Shown here piece after piece: positions 11,183-21,881 of a stretch of 64,000 nucleotides of DNA. The stretch is from an uncultured Gemmatimonadales bacterium. Its GTDB lineage: Bacteria; Gemmatimonadota; Gemmatimonadetes; Longimicrobiales; RSA9. The stretch lies in assembly GCA_963798085.1 (NCBI GenBank), contig CAWCRS010000007.1, positions 1,376,001 to 1,440,000 on the forward strand, in the 5' to 3' direction. A program made the translations under genes and the position numbers. Every line of letters starts with the position of its first letter. The stretch's first letter is position 1. The notes below the pieces were generated by a model that saw nothing but the letters and a program-made list of their open reading frames with translations, searched no databases and was not told where the DNA came from.

Positions 11183-11233
11183 CAGTTCAGGTGGAACGCT
11201 GGCAGCGCACACGCAACACGGGGTGACACGCGA

Positions 11234-12428
11234 ATGAGCCCGACAACGGGGATCACGGAGAAAGTGAAAGTCGAGCTGGCCGAGCGCATGCGCGGATTTC
11301 CGGCGTATCCGCTGGCCGATGTGCCGCAGATCAAGCGTGAGCTGCGCGCGCGCGGCGTCGACGTGATCGATCTCGGCGCCGGCGACGCGGATCTCACACC
11401 GCCACCTGCCGCGCTGCAGGCGCTGGTGGAAGCGTCGAAGGATCCGCTGATGGGCCGTTATGCGTTCCAGCTGGGCTTGCCCGCGTTCCGCGAAGCCGTG
11501 TCGGCGTGGATGGAGAAGCGCTTCGCCGTGAAGCTCGATCCGTACCGCGAGATCCTGCCGCTGGTGGGCTCGAAGGAAGGCATTGCGCACCTGGCACTGT
11601 GTTATGTGAACCCGGGTGACCTGACCATCGTGCCGGATCCCGGTTATCAGCCGTACATCGGCGGAACGCTGCTGGCAGGTGGCCAGCCGTACACCGTGCC
11701 GCTGCTGGCGGAGAACGACTTCCTGATCGATGTGCACGCACTGCCGCAGGACGTGGTCGAGCGCGCGCGCATACTCTACCTGAATTATCCGAACAATCCG
11801 ACATCGGCGATCGCCAGCCGCGAGTACCTCGAGGATGTCGTCGCAGTTCTGTCGCGAGCGCAGTCTGCTGCTGGCCTACGACAACGCGTACAGCGAGATC
11901 GGTTTCGATGGCTACCGCCCGCCCGGCATCTTCGAGATCGAGGGCGCGCTGGATGTGGCTGTCGAATTCCACTCGTTCTCGAAGACCTACAACATGACGG
12001 GCTGGCGTATTGCGTGGGCGGCGGGCAATGCCGGGACGATCGCGGCGCTGCAGCGCGTGAAATCGTTCGTCGACACGGGTCAGTTCATGTGCGTGCAGGC
12101 CGCGGCGAAGGCGGCACTGGAAGTCTGGGAAACGTGGGTGCCGGGCAACGTCGAGACGTTCCGGCAGCGGCGCAACGCCATTGTCGGGGCGCTGCGCGCG
12201 GCAGGCTTCGAAGCGCCCATGCCGAAGGCCAGCATGTACGCGTGGTTCCCGGTACCGGGCGGGCAGGATTCGCACAGCTTTGCGCGGCGCGCGCTGCTGG
12301 AGCAGGGTGTTGTGGTGATGCCGGGCGCGGCACTGGGACCGGGTGGCGAAGGCTACCTGCGGGCGGCACTGACACAGGCGCCGCCCCGGCTGGAAGAAGC
12401 GGCCCGCCGTCTGGGGCGGCTTTTGTGA
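11234..12428 (+). CDS. PLP-dependent class I/II aminotransferase, LL-diaminopimelate aminotransferase-like (apparent +1 frameshift near 11845)
   Basis: GSKEGIAH and LNYPNNPT in the first frame; DNAYSEI and SFSKTYNMTGWR (PLP lysine) in ORF 11835. Confidence 0.82.
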
Positions 12429-12465
12429 CGGGAACGAAGGGACGAGCGGCGGTTAGAACCGCGAG

Positions 12466-13377
12466 ATGATGTCCACCGTGCTGGATCAGCCGCCGCCCGT
12501 CAGGGCGACTCCGCGGCGAACCCGCCTCGCCATGCGCGGACTCATGCTTCCTCAGCCGCGCGAACCACGGTGGATCACACCGCTGGCTCTGCTGCTTGCT
12601 GCGGCCGTACACCTGCTGTTCATCCTGATTTTCCGCGTGCCGGCGCCGGGCGCGACCCATGGCACCGAACAGTTTTTCGTGGTGCTGCCCAATCCGACAA
12701 CAGATCAGGGCGAGCGTATGGTAGAACCGGCGGCTCCCTCCGCGGCCGGTCAGGCGGCGCCGGCAGTGACGCCGCTGCGCGAGCCCGCGCGTATTCCCAC
12801 CGAGATTCCGAAGCCGAGCGTGGCGCAGCCGGGCATACGGGTGACCGCGCCGACGCCCGTGGCGACGGCAGGCGAGGGCGCAGGCAAGGGAAACGGTGGC
12901 AAAGGGGCGCAGACTTCGGTCGCGGACCGACTGCTGCCCCGCGCAACAGACGCCCGCATCTGGGGACCCGTCATTGCTACCGGTGAAGCGCCGGATCCGG
13001 TGAAGGCAGCGCTGGCGCCGCTGTACGGTCAGATTGCGGCCTTCAATGACTCGCTGCGCCTGGCAGGCGACGCGGCGGCGCGCGCCACGGACTGGACCGT
13101 GAAGGATGGCAATGGTGGCCGCTGGGGCGTCAGTCCGGGCGAGATCCACCTCGGCAAGGTCACGCTGCCGCTGCCCTTCGGTTTCTCGACACCGCCGGGC
13201 CGTCGCGATGAGCTGAGCGGACGCCTCAGCACGTGGAACGCCATCCAGCGGCAGGCGGGCCAGGTCGAGGCCAGCGAGAGTTTCAAGGAGCGCGCAAAGG
13301 CCATCCGTGATCGCAAGGCCGCCGAACGCGACAGCACGAAAGCGGCTGCGAAGAAGACCGGTGGCTCCGGCGGCTGA
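12466..13377 (+). CDS. Hypothetical single-pass membrane protein with Pro-rich linker
   Basis: One TM helix (LALLLAAAVHLLFILIF), a Pro/Ala-rich stalk and a C-terminal domain with DWTVKDGNGGRWGVSPG. Confidence 0.65.
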   Translation: MMSTVLDQPPPVRATPRRTRLAMRGLMLPQPREPRWITPLALLLAAAVHLLFILIFRVPAPGATHGTEQFFVVLPNPTTDQGERMVEPAAPSAAGQAAPAVTPLREPARIPTEIPKPSVAQPGIRVTAPTPVATAGEGAGKGNGGKGAQTSVADRLLPRATDARIWGPVIATGEAPDPVKAALAPLYGQIAAFNDSLRLAGDAAARATDWTVKDGNGGRWGVSPGEIHLGKVTLPLPFGFSTPPGRRDELSGRLSTWNAIQRQAGQVEASESFKERAKAIRDRKAAERDSTKAAAKKTGGSGG

Positions 13378-13484
13378 GACGACGCACGAGTTCCGCACTG
13401 AACCCCGCGCAGCATCGTCGCCTGCAACAAACACCATAACAGCCCTGTACAGAAGAACACGCGCCGTGACGCGGCGTTTGTCCG

Positions 13485-13514
13485 TTGACGGACGGGAATA
13501 ACGGCCGCTAACCT
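13485..13514 (+). promoter_or_regulatory. Putative sigma70 promoter of valS
   Basis: TTGACG-N18-TAACCT ending about 30 nt upstream of the ATG. Confidence 0.5.
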
Positions 13515-13546
13515 GATCGTCAGGCACTCACAGAAAAGATCGGAGC

Positions 13547-16273
13547 ATGCGCGAGCCGCTGGCGCCTCAGTTCGACCCGAAAGCCATCGAGCAGCCGCTG
13601 TACAGCGACTGGCAGGAGCACGGCTACTTCCATGCGGACGCGGAGCGCGTGCGTTCGGGTGAGCGGCAGGCGTATGTCATCGTCATTCCGCCACCCAACG
13701 TGACCGCCGTGCTGCACATGGGTCACGGGCTCAACAACACGATTCAGGACGTGCTCACGCGCTGGCAGCGCATGCTCGGCTGCGAAGCGCTGTATCTGCC
13801 GGGCACGGACCACGCCGGCATCGCCACACAGAATGTGGTGGAGAAGCTGATCGCACGCGAAGGCAGGACGCGTGATGACCTGGGCCGCGATGCCTTCGTG
13901 GCGCGTGTGTGGGCGTTCGTGAACGAGACGGGCTCGACCATCCTCGAGCAGCTCAAGGCGATCGGCTGTTCCTGCGACTGGAGCCGCACGCACTTCACGC
14001 TCGAGCCCGAGCTGTCACAGGCCGTGCGCGTCGTGTTCGTGCGTCTGTACGAGAAGGGACTCATCTATCGCGGCAATTACATCATCAACTGGTGCCCGCG
14101 CTGCCTGACTGCGCTTTCCGATGAAGAAGCGGAAGGCGAAGAGACGCAGGGGAAGCTGTGGCACCTGCGCTATCCGCTCGCACAGTTCCCGCCCGACGTC
14201 GATCTGCCTCGCCTGCCCGATGGCCGACCGTACATCACGGTGGCGACGACGCGGCCCGAGACCATGCTGGGTGACACCGCGGTGGCCGTGCACCCGTCCG
14301 ACGCGCGCTACGCAAAGCTCATCGGATCCACAGTGGCGCTGCCGCTGACCGACCGCACGATTCCGATCGTGGCAGACGAGTACGTGGATCCGGCATTCGG
14401 CAGCGGCGCTGTGAAGCTGACGCCGGCGCACGACCCGAACGATTTCGCGATCGCACAGCGGCACGCGATTCCCGCGCTCAATGTGATGGCGCCGAACGCG
14501 ACGATGAACGACAACGTGCCGGCTCGTTTCCGCGGACTGGACCGCTTCGAGGCGAGGCGGCTGGTCGTGCAGGCGTTCCAGGAGGCGGGTCTGCTGGAGC
14601 GCATCGAGGACCACCCGCACACGATACCACACTGTTATCGCTGCGACACCGTGGTGGAGCCGCGACTTTCGGAGCAGTGGTTCGTGCGCATGAAGCCCCT
14701 GGCGGAACCGGCACTGGCCGCATCGCGCGAAGGGCGCGTGCGCTTCACGCCCGAAAGGCACCGCAAGGTCTACGAGAACTGGCTCGAGAACATCCGCGAC
14801 TGGTGCATCTCGCGGCAGCTCTGGTGGGGCCATCGCATTCCCGTGTGGTACTGCCGCGCGCCGGGCTGCGAGGAAACCATCGCGAGCATCGAGGATCCCG
14901 ACCGCTGCGCGAAGTGCGGCGGTGCACTCGAGCAGGACCCGGATGTGCTGGACACATGGTTCTCGTCCTGGCTCTGGCCGTTCTCGACACTGGGCTGGCC
15001 GCGCGACACCGCGGACCTCGAGGCGTTCTATCCCACACAGACGCTGGTCACGGCGCCCGAGATCCTGTTCTTCTGGGTGGCGCGCATGATCATGGCCGGC
15101 ATCGAGTTCATGGGCGATGTGCCGTTCGGCGATGTCTACCTGAACGGAACCGTGCGCGACCTGCAGCATCGCAAGATGTCGAAGTCGCTGGGCAATGGCA
15201 TCGATCCGCTCGAGGTAGTGAATCTCTTCGGTGCGGACGCACTGCGCTACACGGTGATCGCGGCGCAGGGTCTGGGCACGGACCTGTACATGGACCCGGA
15301 CAATCTCGAAGAGACGTTCGCGCCCGGTCGCAACTTCGCCAACAAGATCTGGAACGTGGGCCGCTTCGCGCTGCTCAACCTGGGTGACGATGCGGTGTCA
15401 GCGGTGGCGGATGTGCGTGACACGCTCGAGCTGGCGGATCGCTGGATCCTCGCGCGGCTGGACGCGGCGGTGCGCGATGTGACGGCGCAGCTGGAGAGCT
15501 TCCGCTTTCACGAGGCCGCCAATGGCGCGTACCGCTACTTCTGGAACGAGCTGGCCGACTGGTACGTCGAGCTGATCAAGCCTCGCCTGCGCGAGGATGC
15601 GGCTGCAGCGAGCCGGGACGCGGCGCGCGCCACCCTGGTGGCGGCGCTGGACGGCGCGCTGCGCCTGCTGCACCCGATCATGCCGTTCATCACCGAGGCG
15701 CTGTGGCGCCAACTCCCTGTTATACGGACGGAAGAGCGCGGCCCGGCGCTGATGATCGCACCCTGGCCCGAGGCCTCGGATCTGCTCGAGGACAACGCAG
15801 CCGAAGCGGAGATGTCCGCGCTCATCGAGCTGATCGGTACCGTGCGCACGCTGCGCAACGAGTACAACGTGCCGGCCGCGGCGGCGGTGGAGATCCAGCT
15901 GAGCAATGTGGCGCCGCCGTTGCATGCGGCGCTGCAGGCGGAGCGGCGGGCGCTGGAGCGTCTCGCCCGCGTGGGCCGTGTGCTGCACTCGGCGAACGGC
16001 ACGCAGGGGGCCGGTGCACACGCCGTGCTGCGCGGCGGCACCGAGCTGTTCCTGCCGCTGGCGGGACTCATCGACATCGAACGCGAACGCACACGGCTGC
16101 GCGAAGAGCTGGACCGGCTGGAAGGGCAGTTGCGGGCGGTGCAGGCAAGGCTGGGCAACGAAAATTTCGTGAGTCGCGCACCGGCCAATGTCGTGGCGAG
16201 GGAGCGCGACAAGGCCGCGAATTTCCGCGATCAGCGCGACCGGCTCGCAACGAAGCTGGCGGCACTCGAGTGA
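13547..16273 (+). CDS. valS: Valine--tRNA ligase
   Basis: PPPNVT..LHMGH, DHAGIATQ, DWCISRQLWWGHRIP, KMSKS and a C-terminal coiled coil. Confidence 0.98.
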   Translation: MREPLAPQFDPKAIEQPLYSDWQEHGYFHADAERVRSGERQAYVIVIPPPNVTAVLHMGHGLNNTIQDVLTRWQRMLGCEALYLPGTDHAGIATQNVVEKLIAREGRTRDDLGRDAFVARVWAFVNETGSTILEQLKAIGCSCDWSRTHFTLEPELSQAVRVVFVRLYEKGLIYRGNYIINWCPRCLTALSDEEAEGEETQGKLWHLRYPLAQFPPDVDLPRLPDGRPYITVATTRPETMLGDTAVAVHPSDARYAKLIGSTVALPLTDRTIPIVADEYVDPAFGSGAVKLTPAHDPNDFAIAQRHAIPALNVMAPNATMNDNVPARFRGLDRFEARRLVVQAFQEAGLLERIEDHPHTIPHCYRCDTVVEPRLSEQWFVRMKPLAEPALAASREGRVRFTPERHRKVYENWLENIRDWCISRQLWWGHRIPVWYCRAPGCEETIASIEDPDRCAKCGGALEQDPDVLDTWFSSWLWPFSTLGWPRDTADLEAFYPTQTLVTAPEILFFWVARMIMAGIEFMGDVPFGDVYLNGTVRDLQHRKMSKSLGNGIDPLEVVNLFGADALRYTVIAAQGLGTDLYMDPDNLEETFAPGRNFANKIWNVGRFALLNLGDDAVSAVADVRDTLELADRWILARLDAAVRDVTAQLESFRFHEAANGAYRYFWNELADWYVELIKPRLREDAAAASRDAARATLVAALDGALRLLHPIMPFITEALWRQLPVIRTEERGPALMIAPWPEASDLLEDNAAEAEMSALIELIGTVRTLRNEYNVPAAAAVEIQLSNVAPPLHAALQAERRALERLARVGRVLHSANGTQGAGAHAVLRGGTELFLPLAGLIDIERERTRLREELDRLEGQLRAVQARLGNENFVSRAPANVVARERDKAANFRDQRDRLATKLAALE

Positions 16274-17580
16274 CACGCAGGCTGTTGCGGCTGTCTGGCG
16301 CCGTCGCGCTCGCGGCGGCGTGCGCGCACCCGCTCCCGCCGCCGGGCGGCACACCCGACAAGACGCCACCACGCATCATCGGCACGACGCCCGAGGATCT
16401 GGCCGTGGTGCCCGAATTCAAGGGCGAGGTGATCTTCCGCTTCGACGAGCGCATCAGTGAGCGCGGCGTCGACGGATCCGTTGTGGTGTCTCCCGAGTCC
16501 GGTCATATGAAGGTTTCGCACGGCCGCTCCAATGTGCGCGTCAAGCTGGACGGCGGCTGGCGCAAGGACGTCATTTATCACGTGCTGCTCGCGCCCGGCA
16601 TCACCGATCTCTTCAGCAATGCGCGCAAGGAGCCGGTGGAGCTGGTGTTCTCGACCGGGCCGCCCATCACGCAGACAGCCATTGCCGGCCTGGTCACGGA
16701 TCGCATCACGGGCCGCCCCGTGCAGGGCGCGGTGATCGACGCGACGCAGCGCGAGGACTCGCTGCGCTACACCACGGTCACCGATACGGTCGGCTTCTTC
16801 GCGCTCGGCCACCTGCCCGTCGGCACCTACGACGTGGTGGCGTTCACCGACCAGAACCGCAACCGCAGGAAGGATCCATCGGAAGCGGCGTCGGTCGGCG
16901 TCTCGCAGCGGCTGAACAGCCCGCAGGACACATTTCCGCTGGATCTCGTGGTCGTGCCGCAGGACACCACACCACCTCGCCTGGCGCGTGCCGACGGCCG
17001 CGACTCAATGCAGGTGCGCATGGTAACAGACGATTATCTCGAGCCCACACTGCCACTGCCCGTCATCCAGGTCCACATCCTGGCGCTTCCCGACAGCACA
17101 CCCGCCGGTGGCACGCTGCGGCTCGTTACCGTGGACACGTTCAATGCCATGACGGCGAGGGCCGCGCGCGTCGAGCAGGCGAAGCGCGATTCCATCAGGC
17201 TGGATTCGCTGGTGGCGGACTCCGCTCGCGGTGACACCGTCGCGGCGAAACGACTGGTTGCCGCAAGGCAGGCGGCGCGCGCACAGGCGCAGGCGGCGCA
17301 GGCACAACCCGCGCGGCAGACGCAGCAAGGGCCCGCGATCCCGTCCATCGGGCCGCTCCCGTTCCAGGAGCTGGTCGTGATTCCCTCGCAGCCGCTGGCG
17401 CCCGGCAAGTATCTGCTGGAAGCGAGCGGGCTCGTGAACATCTCCGGCAGACAGGGTGGAGGCGGCACTGCGCCGTTCGAGATTGCGGCGCCGAAGAAGA
17501 AAGTGCCTGCCGACACGGGCAAGGTGAGCCTGCGCGCACCGCGCGGGCCGCCACGCCAGGCACGGGGGCGCTGGCCATGA
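16270..17580 (+). CDS. Lipoprotein with Ig-like (SbsA/Big_5-type) domain
   Basis: GTG overlaps the valS stop; lipobox LAAAC followed by AHPLPPPGG.PDKTPP and FRFDERI. Confidence 0.72.
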   Translation: MTRRLLRLSGAVALAAACAHPLPPPGGTPDKTPPRIIGTTPEDLAVVPEFKGEVIFRFDERISERGVDGSVVVSPESGHMKVSHGRSNVRVKLDGGWRKDVIYHVLLAPGITDLFSNARKEPVELVFSTGPPITQTAIAGLVTDRITGRPVQGAVIDATQREDSLRYTTVTDTVGFFALGHLPVGTYDVVAFTDQNRNRRKDPSEAASVGVSQRLNSPQDTFPLDLVVVPQDTTPPRLARADGRDSMQVRMVTDDYLEPTLPLPVIQVHILALPDSTPAGGTLRLVTVDTFNAMTARAARVEQAKRDSIRLDSLVADSARGDTVAAKRLVAARQAARAQAQAAQAQPARQTQQGPAIPSIGPLPFQELVVIPSQPLAPGKYLLEASGLVNISGRQGGGGTAPFEIAAPKKKVPADTGKVSLRAPRGPPRQARGRWP

Positions 17581-18962
17581 GTGATGCGCGCCGGCAGATC
17601 CCGGCGGTCGACCGACTGCTGGCGAGCGCCGCGTTCGAGCCGATCCTGGCGCACGAGCCGCGCGGCCTCGTGGTACTCGCGGTGCAGCAGGTGCAGGCCG
17701 AGCTGCGTACCTTGCTGGCGGCCGGCGGCGATGCGGGCAGCCAGACTCACGACGCGGCCTGGTACGCACTGCGTGTCAGTGCGGCGCTGGAGAACATTCG
17801 CCGGCCATCACTGCGTCCGGTCATCAACGCCACCGGCGTCGTGCTGCACACGAACCTGGGCCGCGCACCCCTCGCCGACGCCGCGCTGCGCGCGGTGCAG
17901 CGCACCGCACGCGACTATTCCAACCTCGAGTTTGACCTCGAGCGCGGCACGCGCGGCTCACGCTACGTGCACTGCGCGGAGCTGCTCACACGGCTCACCG
18001 GCGCCGAAGCCGCGCTGGTCGTGAACAACAACGCGGCCGCGCTGGTGCTGGCGCTCAATACATTGGCGCGCGGCCGCAGCGCGGTGATCAGCCGCGGCGA
18101 GCTGGTGGAGATCGGCGGTTCCTTCCGTGTGCCCGAGATCATGGCCCGCGCCGGCGTGAACATGTGCGAGGTGGGCGCCACCAATCGCACCCACCTCGCG
18201 GATTATCGCGACGCACTCGGTCAGGACTGCGCGCTGATCCTCAAGGTGCACCAGTCCAACTTCCGCATCGAAGGCTTCACGTCCGATGTCTCCATTGCCG
18301 CCCTCGAGCCGGTAGCGAAAGAGCGCGGCGTACCTCTGCTGCACGACCTTGGCTCCGGCCTGCTCATCGCGAGTGAGGACCTGGGCCTGCCGTACGAGCC
18401 TACACCCATGGATTCGTTGCGCGCGGGCGCCGACATCGTCACGCTGAGCGGCGACAAGCTGCTGGGCGGGCCGCAGGCCGGCCTGCTGCTCGGTCGCAGG
18501 GACCTGATCGAAAGCATGCGCGCGAATCCGCTGTGCCGTGCGCTGCGCGTGGACAAGCTCACCCTGGCCGCACTCGAAGCCACACTCGCGCTCTACCTCG
18601 AGCCGGAGCGCGCACGGCGCGAGATCCCGACGCTGCGCATGCTCACACTGACGGAAGCAGAGCTGCGGGAGCGTGCCGAACGACTGACCGCGGCATTGCG
18701 CGCGGAGGATATTCCGGCCGAGGCCGTGGCCGCGGATTCCGCCGTGGGTGGCGGCGCCTTTCCGGCACTTGCGCTGCCCACATGGGTGGTCCGCATAGGC
18801 GACGACGGGTTTTCCGCGAGCCGGCTCGAACACCGCCTGCGCACGGGGCAGCCGCCCGTCGTGGCCAGAGTGGCCGATGGCCGGGTGCTGGTGGACCCGC
18901 GCACGGTAATGGCGGAAGAGGAGGAAGCCCTGCTGAACGCTGTACGCGCCGCCGTCGCCTGA
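17577..18962 (+). CDS. selA: L-seryl-tRNA(Sec) selenium transferase
   Basis: INATGVVLHTNLGRAPL, VNNNAAA, SRGELVEIGGSFR and SGDKLLGGPQAG motifs. Confidence 0.96.
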   Translation: MSDARRQIPAVDRLLASAAFEPILAHEPRGLVVLAVQQVQAELRTLLAAGGDAGSQTHDAAWYALRVSAALENIRRPSLRPVINATGVVLHTNLGRAPLADAALRAVQRTARDYSNLEFDLERGTRGSRYVHCAELLTRLTGAEAALVVNNNAAALVLALNTLARGRSAVISRGELVEIGGSFRVPEIMARAGVNMCEVGATNRTHLADYRDALGQDCALILKVHQSNFRIEGFTSDVSIAALEPVAKERGVPLLHDLGSGLLIASEDLGLPYEPTPMDSLRAGADIVTLSGDKLLGGPQAGLLLGRRDLIESMRANPLCRALRVDKLTLAALEATLALYLEPERARREIPTLRMLTLTEAELRERAERLTAALRAEDIPAEAVAADSAVGGGAFPALALPTWVVRIGDDGFSASRLEHRLRTGQPPVVARVADGRVLVDPRTVMAEEEEALLNAVRAAVA

Positions 18963-18973
18963 TCCGGGACCGC

Positions 18974-19556
18974 GTGCAACAGAGCGGACGTCGTGCCGTG
19001 TTCCTCGATCGTGATGGCACGATCATCGTGGACCGCCATTATCCCGCCGACCCGGATGCCGTCGCGCTGATCCCGGGCGCGGCGGGTGCGCTGCGCCGGC
19101 TGCAGAACGCGGGCTGGCTGCTCGTCGTCATCAGCAACCAGTCCGGCATCGCGCGCGGCCTGCTCGACGAAGAAGCGTACTTTTCCGTACAGCGCGCGTA
19201 TGGAGTCCCTGCTGGCGCAGAACGGTGTGCGCATTGCAGGATCGTGGCACTGCCCGCATCACCCGGATTTCACGGGTCCATGCGGGTGCCGCAAGCCGGG
19301 TCTTCTGCTGTTCCAGCAGGCGGCCGAAACTCTGGGCATCGACCCTCGCCGGTCGGCGTTCGTGGGCGATCGCCCGAGTGATGTGCAGCCCGGCCTTGCT
19401 CTGGGCGGACTGGCGTTCCTGGTGCGCACCGGATACGGCCAGGAGCAGGCGGCGCAAGCGCCTGCCGGCGTGGTAGTTGTGGCGGATCTCGCGGAGGTCG
19501 CGGATCGCCTGCTGACAGGGTTCGGCGCGGTTGACACGGATTCCGAGCCTGAATAA
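18974..19556 (+). CDS. gmhB: HAD-IIIA phosphatase, heptose-1,7-bisphosphate phosphatase-like (apparent +1 frameshift near 19199)
   Basis: FLDRDGT and SNQSGIARG, then CPHHP..C.CRKP and VGDRPSD in the next frame. Confidence 0.8.
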
Positions 19557-19559
19557 CGT
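19531..19559 (+). promoter_or_regulatory. Sigma70 promoter of erpA(-nadA)
   Basis: TTGACA-N17-TAACGT. Confidence 0.65.
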
Positions 19560-19673
19560 TACCTGCGTTCCCAGCGGTGGTTCGGCGGTGTCGCTCACCA
19601 TGACACCGAGGCCGAACACAGGTTGCTCGAAGGGGTACCTTGTGGCCGTACGGGACGCTCATCAGGAGGAGCA

Positions 19674-20003
19674 ATGACCATCATTGTCACGTCGACGGCG
19701 GCTGGCGAAGTCCAGCGCTTCATGGATGAGCAGGGAGCGAACGGCGAGGCCGGCCTGCGTGTGGCCGTTCTGCCTGGTGGCTGCTCGGGCTTCCAGTACG
19801 GACTGAACATCGAAGACGAAGCACAGGATGACGACGAGATCCTCGAATCGAACGGCGTTCGCCTGTTCGTGGATCCGTTCAGCGGGCAGTACCTGGATGG
19901 TGTCGAGATCGACTACGTGACGACGATGATGGGCGCAGGGTTCACGTTCAAGAACCCGAACTCGACGGGCGGCTGCGGCTGCGGCAGCTCGTTCACCGTC
20001 TGA
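19674..20003 (+). CDS. erpA: A-type Fe-S cluster carrier (ErpA/IscA/HesB family)
   Basis: AGGAGG RBS; GGCSGFQY and GCGCGSSF motifs. Confidence 0.9.
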   Translation: MTIIVTSTAAGEVQRFMDEQGANGEAGLRVAVLPGGCSGFQYGLNIEDEAQDDDEILESNGVRLFVDPFSGQYLDGVEIDYVTTMMGAGFTFKNPNSTGGCGCGSSFTV

Positions 20004-20029
20004 CGCGGCGACACCGCTTCTGACTGGTT

Positions 20030-20065
20030 GCGGGCCCGCGGGCGAACCCTGCGGGCCCGCTTTGT
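20030..20065 (+). terminator. Intrinsic terminator-like hairpin after erpA
   Basis: GCGGGCCCGCGGG / CCTGCGGGCCCGC stem followed by TTTGT. Confidence 0.6.
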
Positions 20066-20091
20066 CTCACGGTAGCAAACCGACGACGCAC

Positions 20092-21180
20092 ATGACGCCG
20101 ACTCCCCTGCCGACCACGGCCCATCTGCCGACGCCCCTGCACTACGCGCGCATTCCGGCCGACGCGCTGACCGCGCGCATCCTGGAGCGCAAACGCCAGC
20201 TCAACGCAGTGCTGCTCGGGCACAACTACCAGCGCAGCGACATCCAGCAGGTCAGCGACTACGTGGGCGATTCGCTCGGTCTGTCGCAGCAGGCGGCCGC
20301 CACACCCGCGGATGTCATTGTCTTCTGCGGCGTGCACTTCATGGCGGAGACGGCGAAGATCCTGTCGCCGTCGAAGACCGTGCTGATGCCCGACCTGCGG
20401 GCCGGCTGCCCCATGGCGGACTTCGTCACGGGCGATGCGCTGCGCAGGGCAAAGGCGGACATGCCTGATGCCGCAGTGGTCGCGTACGTGAACTCGACTG
20501 CCGAGGTGAAGGCGGAATCGGACATCTGCTGCACGAGTGCCAACGCGGTGCGCGTCGTGGAATCGATTGCACGCGACCGGCGCATCCTCTTCGTGCCGGA
20601 TCGCAACCTCGCGCACTACGCGGCCGAGCGCACGGGTCGCGCCTTCCGCACCATGAGTGACACGCGCAGCACAGGCAATGCAGGCGAGATCGTTGCCTGG
20701 GATGGCTACTGCTACGTGCACGATGATCTCGTGCTCACCGAGCTGACCGCCGCGCGCAAGGCGCACCCCGAAGCGCGCGTAGTGATCCATCCGGAAGCGC
20801 GGCGCGAGCTGCTCGAGGAGGCGGACTTCATCGTGTCGACGTCAGGCATGGCCGAGCTGGCGAAGGCATACGACTCGCTGATCATCGGCACCGAGCGCGG
20901 ACTCGTCGACCGTTTGCGCGAGATCTACCCGAACAAGACGCTGATTCCGCTTTCGGGCGCCGCGATCTGCGGCAACATGAAGGTGAACACGCTGGCCAGA
21001 CTGGCGTGGTGCCTGGACCACGAGCAGTACGAAGTGCGGCTGGACGAAGCCGAGCGCATACGCGCCGAGCTGGCCGTGCGCCGCATGCTCGAGCTGTCCG
21101 ACGGCTGGCGCGCACCCACAGAGGAAGAAGCACGACTCGAGGAAGCGGGCTTGCGCCGCAGCGGTTGCGGCTGCGCCTGA
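20092..21180 (+). CDS. nadA: Quinolinate synthase
   Basis: HNYQ, GDSLGLS, FCGVHFMAETAKIL and YVNSTA motifs; cluster Cys in GCPM, YCYVH and ICGNM. Confidence 0.95.
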   Translation: MTPTPLPTTAHLPTPLHYARIPADALTARILERKRQLNAVLLGHNYQRSDIQQVSDYVGDSLGLSQQAAATPADVIVFCGVHFMAETAKILSPSKTVLMPDLRAGCPMADFVTGDALRRAKADMPDAAVVAYVNSTAEVKAESDICCTSANAVRVVESIARDRRILFVPDRNLAHYAAERTGRAFRTMSDTRSTGNAGEIVAWDGYCYVHDDLVLTELTAARKAHPEARVVIHPEARRELLEEADFIVSTSGMAELAKAYDSLIIGTERGLVDRLREIYPNKTLIPLSGAAICGNMKVNTLARLAWCLDHEQYEVRLDEAERIRAELAVRRMLELSDGWRAPTEEEARLEEAGLRRSGCGCA

Positions 21181-21221
21181 GCCGGTGGCTGCCCGCCTCG
21201 CCGTGAGGTAGCTTCGCCGTC

Positions 21222-21881
21222 ATGGCACTCATCACGATTCGCGGTTTCTCGGCGCCCGTGTTCCAGGAGAATGCGTGGCTCATGTGGCGTGCCGGTACCG
21301 GCGTCGCCGTGGCCGTGGATCCGGGTGGTCAGGCCGCGACACTGGTGCGACAGCTGGACACGGAGCGACTCAGGCTGGACGCGATTCTGCTGACACACGC
21401 ACACATCGATCACATCGAAGGCATTGCCGAACTGACACGGCGTTATCCGGCGCCCGTGTACCTGCACCCCGCCGACCAGACGCTCTACGATCACGCCGCG
21501 GACCAGGCCGCAGTGTTCGGCCTGCGCATCGAGACGCCGCCGCCCGTGGACAGGGAGCTGGCCGACGGCCAGCAGCTGCACCTCGCCGACATCGATCTGG
21601 AAGTGCGCCACGTGCCGGGTCACGCGCCCGGCCACGTGATCCTCCATGTCGCGGAAGCCGGCGCCGCGTTCGTAGGCGACGTGATCTTTCAGGGGAACGT
21701 CGGTCGGACGGATCTTCCCGGTGGAAACTTTCCACTGCTCGCACGCAGCATCCGCAAGCAGGTGTTCACACTACCGGCCGACACCGTGCTGCACCCGGGC
21801 CACGGTCCGGACACCACGGTGGGGCACGAACAGGCCACGAACCCGTTCCTCATCCCGCAGTACGGGGGTGGACTCGCCTGA
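21222..21881 (+). CDS. MBL-fold metallo-hydrolase (glyoxalase II-like)
   Basis: THAHIDH, PGHAPGH, GDVIF..VGRTD and PGHG motifs. Confidence 0.9.
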   Translation: MALITIRGFSAPVFQENAWLMWRAGTGVAVAVDPGGQAATLVRQLDTERLRLDAILLTHAHIDHIEGIAELTRRYPAPVYLHPADQTLYDHAADQAAVFGLRIETPPPVDRELADGQQLHLADIDLEVRHVPGHAPGHVILHVAEAGAAFVGDVIFQGNVGRTDLPGGNFPLLARSIRKQVFTLPADTVLHPGHGPDTTVGHEQATNPFLIPQYGGGLA

